Source: the human T2T-CHM13v2.0 reference genome, Homo sapiens
NCBI RefSeq assembly: GCF_009914755.1
Contig: NC_060936.1
Reading direction: 5' to 3' (one strand)
DNA: 64,000 nt
Of this stretch, positions 56,696 to 64,000 are shown piece after piece (positions within the stretch are counted from its first letter, which is position 1; each line of letters opens with the position of its first letter). Position numbers and translations under genes: made by a program. Under the pieces are notes generated by a model that saw nothing but the letters and a program-made list of their open reading frames with translations, had not been told where the DNA came from and did not search any database.

Positions 56696-57424
56696 TAAAG
56701 AGGGGCAATTTTCAAATTGATAACTCTTCTGTTTGAATAGAGAGGCATGGTATAAAGTAGTTAGAACACAGAAGTAGGAAACTTTGGTAACGAAAATGTC
56801 ACTCCATAGATCTTGAAATATATTTCTTAAAGAGCAGAATAGTAGAGTTAAAAGAGAATAGCCTGTACTTGCTTCTAATTTTTTTCAAAATTTATTAAAT
56901 GTTTTAGAAACTTTAAACAAGATTATTTCTGATTTTCAATTTGTGAGAACAGTGAATGACAAATGAGGAAATGAGTTGAATCTGTTCTGACTGAGGTAAG
57001 TAGCATCTAGCATTTTTTCATAAAGAACAAATGTTGTAGTTCTAAGTATGAACTCTAACAAAATACACTTATACAATGTCATGTTATTACACGGACTTTG
57101 TAATCAATATTTTTAGATTACCTGCAAAAAATGGTATTCATGGCTATCTTCAGAGTAGACATTATGAATATGTGGTAATGGTTTCTTGAACTAAGGAAGC
57201 CCTATTTCCTCAACAAGGGTCAGTTAAACTCTATGCAAGACAAATCACCATAGCTCAGATAGCTTTCTGAGAACAGATTAGATTTCTTAAAAATCTAAGC
57301 CAAAAAAAAAAAGTTTCCATGAACCTGGTACACCAAAATCTGAACTTGGTAGGTACTTACTTCTGACAGATCTAATTACAATCTTAAGTGATATAAAAAA
57401 GAATGATGGTCCAATACCTGTCTT

Positions 57425-57932
57425 AAGAGCCCTGTATCTAACCTGAATCTAACCATGAGGATAAAATCAAATCCAGATCGTGAGACATTACATGAAGCAA
57501 GTGGCCTGGACTCCTCAAAAATGTCAATGTCAATGTCAAGGCAAAGAGATGGCAGGGTGCTATTTATACTTTAAAGGGACTAGAAACTAAATGCAATATC
57601 TGATGCTTGACTGGACCCTTGATTTTAACTTTTTGAAAAAGACATAAAAAGCATTACTGGGACAGTTAGAAAATGTGAATATGAACTGTATGTCAAATGT
57701 TATTACTGTATTAATGTTAACTTTCTTGGATCTGCTAATATTATTGTGATTATATAAGAGAATGACCTTATATTAGGTATGTTAGCCTTAACTTACTTTC
57801 AAGTGAATCAGAAAAGAAAGAAATAGAAAGTGAAGGGGGCAAAGTTAATAGTAAAAAGTATAGAGGTGTTCATTGTGTTATTATTTCAACTTTTCAGTAC
57901 ATTTGTTTTTTATTTTTTTTGAAATAAAAAAG
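57425..57932 (+). mobile_element. L1MC4/5-like 3' end
   Basis: aacctgaatctaaccatgagg, aactaaatgcaat, cattactgggacagtt, ataagagaatgacctt, gttcattgtgttattatttcaactttt. Confidence 0.75.
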
Positions 57933-58306
57933 GAGAAAAATGAAAAAGGTTTCTGTATCTGATTAAATGAACATTTTTTAGGTGACCACAATGTTTTCGG
58001 TTACAGCAAATGTAAAATCAAAAATCTTCTTGGTTGATCACTTAGATTTACCATCATGATCTAAAAGTACCTAAATGTTGTCATAAACAGAAGTTCTAGA
58101 ATAATTATGCCACAGACAAAACCATTAGTTTTGAAGATAAGTGTTACTTTGCAAGTGGAAAAGAGCAGTATTTTTAAGTAATATTCTCATATTGATAAAA
58201 TGATAAATTGTAAAATGTCCTTCTTATTCCCTACTCTTCCCTATAGTAGCCATCTCCACTGCTTTCATTCACACTGATGTGTACTTTTGTCCTGCCAGAT
58301 GACTTG

Positions 58307-58654
58307 TATTAGATCCCCTTTTACATAGTTTTGCTTTCTGAAGTTTCATTTACCTACAGTCAACCAAAGTCTGAAAATGTTAAATGGAAAATTCCAGAAA
58401 TACACAATTCATATGTTTTTAATTATGTGCTGTTCTGAGAAGCAAGGTGAAATCTCAAGCCATCCTGCTCCAGCTAACCCTGGACCTGAATCATCTCTTT
58501 GTCCAGCTTTACCCACGCTATATATCCTGCCTCAATTATCAGATGGAAAAAACATAACATATACTGTACAGAGTCTGGTACTATCCATGGTTTCAGGCAT
58601 CCACTGGGGGTTGTGGAGCATGTCTCTTGCCTTGCAGATAAGCGGGACCTACTG
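58307..58654. mobile_element. MER44-like (Tigger7-derived) TcMar MITE
   Basis: aaatggaaaattccagaaat...gaatcatctctttgtccagc...ggtttcaggcatccactggggg...gataagcgggacctactg. Confidence 0.85.
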
Positions 58655-58929
58655 ATATTCACATTGTAAGTGCTCAATAAATATTTCTAAATGAATAAAT
58701 CAAAATGGAAATGTTTCTATGTCTACAGCACTCTAAATGTGCAAATAAATCATGAGAAAGCATGTAAAGTTACCTTATCTGCTAATTTAATTTTTAGGAT
58801 GACTTTCAAAATTAAGTCAACCTGGAGGGCCCAGTGAGATGCAGTATTGCTCAAAATTTGCAGAAATGGCAATGGATCAGAACAGTAAATATAAAGTTTT
58901 CATGCTTCAAATGAAGACAACTTGTGCTA

Positions 58930-59290
58930 TGTTTACAATATCGAATTCTAGGGTCTCACCAGGATGCTCTTCAGGTACTTGAGCAGATCCAAAAGTGTTT
59001 CCTGAGGAAAATTCTTGCTTTGTCTCTGTATACTCTTAAACCTGGAGCAAATTTAAGGACAGAGGTGGGAGTGCCCTCAATCTCGGCAAGAATACAACTC
59101 AGTCAAGAACTGATTGTTCCTCATCTCTTAGCAACAGCCTGGATGTAACAACTGTTATTTAAAGGAGATAGTTTAAAGGACTTGTTAGCCTTTTCTTAGA
59201 TCTCTGCCTGTATCCTTTCACCAAGAAATCTACATACCTGGCAAACATTAGTTTAGCTACTTATAGAAATGCCTCCTTCCACTAAGTTAG
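58930..59290 (+). mobile_element. Ancient non-L1 LINE ORF remnant (probably L4/RTE-X)
   Basis: Peptide LEQIQKCFLRKILAL...LRTEVGVPSISARI resembles the post-RT region of non-LTR retrotransposons. Downstream YLANISLATYRNA (~59235-59273) fits the same type of ORF. Confidence 0.6.
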
Positions 59291-59574
59291 TTATCATTCA
59301 ATATTCTTTTTCTTATCTGGTCTCTACTAAAAATGGCAATGTGAACAATGCCTCTGAATTTTCTGTAATACTTCTGTTGAAGACATTTTAAGGATTCATA
59401 AAATAAATTATTCCCTCAGATATCAGGGCTCCCAAAACAATTGTGATTACTGATACAATAGTGAGCTTCTTTCCATTAGAAAATAATAAACATAAACTTC
59501 ATTATGAGTCAGGTAACTCAGAATTATTCCCAGCTATGGTTTTAGTTTTAGAAATTCTCTTCCCCCATTTCACT

Positions 59575-59790
59575 TTATATATACACATACATACATATAA
59601 AATATTCATGTCAAAAATCAATTTTATATATTATACATATGTATATGTATATCACATATGATGTGTATATATGTATACACATTATACACATACATGATGT
59701 ATATGTATTATATATTTATAATATATATGTCTAATATATAAAATACAAATGATTATACAACATGAATATTTTATTTTAAATATTTTTTCA
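59575..59790 (+). repeat. (TA/CA)-rich low-complexity region
   Basis: Degenerate tatatacacatacat runs. Confidence 0.8.
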
Positions 59791-60004
59791 TCCTCTTAAG
59801 CAGCCATAGTTCTGATAAATCCTGTATAAACCACCAGTTTATACAATACATAATGTTCAGCATAATTTACTTGATATTTATACATCCATAGGTAGTTCAA
59901 TGTTACCTACCATATTATATGGAGTATTCTTAGAACTCTTTCTACATGATTAACATCTGTTAAAGAATAATCATAACATACATTTCCTAAACATGCTAAG
60001 TTAT

Positions 60005-60190
60005 AAATGATTTCTTATTGAAGCACTAAGATGACCTATAATATGGGAATAATTATAATCTCCAATTCACAGATTAAAGAATTAAGGCATGCAGAGTTTA
60101 TGTAAATCGCAAAGATCACAGAACTAATCAATAATGAGGCTATAAAATAAATGTAAGCAGTCTGACTCCAAAGTACTCTTGGAACTACAA
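60005..60190 (-). mobile_element. MIR
   Basis: ctccaattcacagattaaagaattaaggc...aagatcacagaactaat...gcagtctgactccaaag. Confidence 0.75.
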
Positions 60191-61134
60191 AGTTAGATGG
60201 CTTCTCCTTACTAAGGTATCAAGAAATCAGAAAAAGTAACAGAAGCCTTGGACATATCTGCATGAGGAACACTTAAAAGATTAAGACTTAAAACAGAGAT
60301 CCATGGATCAAGCCTACATTAACGCATATTCATCCATCAGTAAAACTGAAAAATCAGTGGCTGAAAAACATGAGGTTCATTTCCATTCCCCAATGCCTCG
60401 TTACCATAAAGCTGCAATCATATTATCAGTCACATTATTTTATCATATCTAATTGAGTTTTCTACTCAAAATTACCACACTCTTCCTGCTACCCAAATAA
60501 AATCAGTTCATCATGGCTACAAATTAAAGAATATCCTATTAATTATACCATTATTTACCAATTCATCATCAACTTTTCTAAATCAATATCCCCACATGAG
60601 ATGTGAACACTGACACACTTAAGAATTACTATACTGTAAAGAGGCTTTCTGCCTACTGAGCTAGCAAAAACAAATCAGATAAACTTTTTAAGCAAAAATA
60701 CTGCCTGTCTGTAAAGATATTATTTCAATAGATGGCTTACTACAAAGGACTTGAGAAATGGATATTTGAGAAATACTACATAGTTACACTTCTCCCAGTA
60801 AGGAGAACTGGAAGTCAGTATCTCTCAAAAACAGTTCCAGTTAGCCATTACCAAGAAACCCTTTACGTAAGTGTATATATGCCTGGATATCCACCATCCA
60901 GCATATCACCTTGTGCAATGAATGAGTTAATTCATTCAGAAGAAAATTAGAAGTTTATATCACAATTATTTTATGTCATTTATATCATCTACATTTTCAA
61001 TATTTATTCAGCATTTAATATAATACCTGGTATAGTAGGAATTTAAAATGTAGTTGTTGAATAAATAAAGAAATATCTGCCACTAAAATAAATAACAGAT
61101 TATAAAGTTATGGTAGCACATTATTTTCTAGATC

Positions 61135-61365
61135 AATACTATAATGTGATGGTTAAGAGGGATAATTAGAGTTTGAATGTCCGAGTTTGTACCCCAGCTT
61201 TTCCACTTATTACCTAGAAATTAGGCAACTCTCTCTGTTTCATTTTCTTCATTTGTGAAATGAGGTAAAAAAATAAGATTGTTGTGAGGCTAGAGTGAAA
61301 TAATGCATGTAAAGCAATTTATAACAGAGTCTGGCACATAATAAGTACATACTGAATGTTAGCTC
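61135..61365 (+). mobile_element. MIR
   Basis: gtgatggttaagag...gattgttgtgagg...aatgcatgtaaagca...tctggcacataataagtac. Confidence 0.85.
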
Positions 61366-61896
61366 TATCTTTATATCTATCTCTATAAGTGTATCTCCAT
61401 ATGTATAGAGAAAGTTTGGATCACATCTTGTGGGTCAATTTAAGAAACTGTGTGTAGTATCAGCTGGGATACAAAAGCTGAAGGTATTCTTACCCCTCCA
61501 CAAACTTCTTTAAAACTCAATAGTAAAATTAAAGATACATATAGTGGCATTTCAAAAAAGTAAATCTAATTTCCCATTTCAAATATATAATCTCTAAAAT
61601 AATTTAAATAATTCTTAAGCAAACATCTTCCTTTCCATTGTAACTCCATGGAAGTTTGAAGAAAGTGACAGTATTCATGAGGTAAACATTCACATCTGTG
61701 AATGTGAGTGTTAACTACTGTAGCTTTTAAAAAAGTAATAAAATTCCACTTTGTGGTAGAAGAAGGCTAAGAATAAAGACAGTTAATAAACCCCTAAGTC
61801 TTTCTAACTCATTGCTACCATACTGAGCTATGAACCACTAGAATCTAGATAAAGATAGAAGTTTTGATTTCCCTCCATCCACAGGAAGCTATAAAG

Positions 61897-62225
61897 CAGC
61901 ACCATCCAATAGAAATATGAGAGCCACAAATATGAGGCACACGTGTAATTTTAAATTTTCTAGTAGTCATATTTAACAAGTTTTTAAAAAGAGATAAAAA
62001 TAATGTTAATATAGATTTTATTTGTGCCAATATATCCTACTGTCATTTCAACATATAATCAACATTTTAAAACTTAGTAAGATATTTTACATTCTTTCTT
62101 TGAACCTATGTCTTGGAAAGCCAGTGCGTATTTTATATTTACAGCACATTTTGGCTCAGATTAGTCACATTTCAAACTTTTAATAATGATATGTGAGTAG
62201 TAGCTACCATATTAGAAAGGAGCAC
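61897..62225. mobile_element. MER33 hAT-Charlie MITE
   Basis: cagcaccatccaatagaaatat...gtaattttaaattttctagtag...gtagtagctaccatattag, about 330 bp. Confidence 0.85.
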
Positions 62226-64000
62226 AAATAGAGAGGGACTCTGAGAGCGTTTCTTTATACTTTCCTAAATCACATACCTGTTTGTCAAGAGCTAAGAAGG
62301 TCTCAATATGTATTTTTCCATTCACACAACCTACATATATAACCTCAACAAATCAATAAGCTAACACATTCTAATAGCTTGATTTTCCTAATGTTTAAAA
62401 AGACAAAGTATATCTCAGCTAAAGATAATACAATAGGTCAAATTATTACTTAGTCAAAAATTTATGTTTTGCCTACTCTAATGCTAAGGAACAGTCTATA
62501 ATAGCTCTTGCCAACTGGTCTACAAATGTAAAAGCATCTAATATATGATATTTACCAATACTCTTCTATTGAGCATTTCAGGATTTCTCCCTCACCTTTA
62601 GGTAAATGAAATGGGTCAAACAATTAGATTTTGCCTATAATTTCCTATCCATAGCATGATTTTCCTTTACTGAAATAGTGATGAAACAGTACTGCTCTGA
62701 TTTAATACTATAAATTCAGAACAAATGGGAAAGCATTAAATTTAGAAGTGCTTCTGGACCATTAACTTCCATGCTAATTTGACATGCACCATAGTATTCA
62801 GGCAACAGATTCAGGAATATAACCTATTCCTAAAGCAAACAGTACTTTATCTCATAACCATCTGGGGTTCTCATCCTAAGGGCCACTTGCTTAGTGTTGT
62901 CTGGTATTATTTAATATCCTGAGGCAGAGCACTAAGACCTACTTTATTAGTGAAACCTACTTTGCCAGGACAAGAAGACTGACATAGAAGAGATTATGGA
63001 GGGAACAAAATTTTGGCTGAGGCCCTTGTTTGCATTATTTAGCTGAAGAAAATCATTGGTTATACATGCATTCAAAACCCTATGGTTTTTCTAAGGTACC
63101 AATAAAAGTAATACCATTCTTAACGTGGACAGTGGTCTCTTTCATATAATGCCTATAGTCACAAACTTAAGTGCCAAGCAGATGGTTGAAATCTGTTTTG
63201 TATAAAATGTGCGCTTTTTTTTTTCCCCAACTGTGTTCTTTGTATTCATATTCAGCCTAGGTTTTAGCCATCAAAACACTGGCACTATGTCAATCATTAG
63301 CAGCATTTTAGACAACTGGCAACTAAGGTATTCACTGTTCTCCACAAAATGTTCAGCTAATATTTCCCAGATGTATAATTAAGGCAAAAGATCATCTTCT
63401 TAAATTGGTATCAGCACTTTGGATGGCTTCTGGCTTTCAACAGATTATATCAGTGAAAACAATTTTTTATCAAAAATAAGGGTTCTGTTTCTTAGGTGAT
63501 TTGGTTTGCTTGTTATAGAGCTCCACATAAAAAGAAATCTATGTATTTCTTCAAGCTTAACCTACAGTCCAAAGAATATGTAGCTAATGCAAAACCTCTT
63601 ATGTTGCTTTTACTATGAAAATCTATAATGTGCTAGATTAGTACACATAATTGTGTCAAGTTATTTAATGTTTTCTAGTTTTCAAAATGTTTGTACAAAG
63701 AATACTTTAAAAAGCAATAGTATGTGTGTGACTTCTTAGATTAACAGAAAAATCACTGTTTTCAGTTGTTCAATCATTTATTCTACGAAATGATTCATTT
63801 TCGTGATTATGCAAAAATAAGTGAACTTTAATTTGTGCATCTTAAAGCATAGGAATATGTTAAATCAGCAAATTCATTACTCAAATACTTAATATACTGA
63901 TACTTGCAAAAATAACTATTAGTGCATCAGATGTCCTATATATAAAATGACAAGAGATGTGTTTTTGGAATATTTAATTATGAGCACTAAGCAGTTAGAG

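Noticed and set aside
52440-57135. Recursive-splice-like AG|GT sites (ttattttag|gtgaat ~52450, ttttcacag|gtatta ~54988, ttttttgcag|gtaatc ~57122)
   Set aside because: Short pyrimidine tracts or weak donors. They cannot be distinguished from background without saw-tooth nascent RNA data.

Overview
This is hominid (most likely human) genomic DNA from inside the SOX5 gene, which is transcribed on the minus strand. The only protein-coding sequence I can support is one 232-bp exon (21041-21272, minus) encoding (R)[19 protein letters not shown]...TSQHNTM, the N-terminal exon 2 of long SOX5 (L-SOX5), with canonical AG/GT boundaries. Everything else is AT-rich intron: the upstream intron is at 21273-64000 and the downstream intron at 1-21040. 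The introns contain 11 near-full-length Alus plus one Alu fragment, L1 3' ends of several ages, MIR and L2 relics, hAT and Tigger MITEs, an MLT1 LTR, a 104-bp 5'-truncated SVA with a perfect target-site duplication (TSD), a probable ancient RTE-X/L4 LINE fragment, microsatellites and a 47-bp x3 minisatellite. All other ORFs in the supplied track appear to be repeat-derived or chance. I see no evidence of a novel multi-gene system. The best leads are regulatory or splicing hypotheses: a 72-nt candidate poison exon inside an enhancer-like island, a 53-nt intron-like unit with consensus signals, an Alu arrangement around exon 2 (inverted pairs, plus a 51-bp identical tract between two direct Alus flanking it), and several SOX/AP-1/TEAD/RUNX motif clusters. 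Repeat subfamilies were assigned by eye from remembered consensus sequences, and boundaries of old repeats are approximate.
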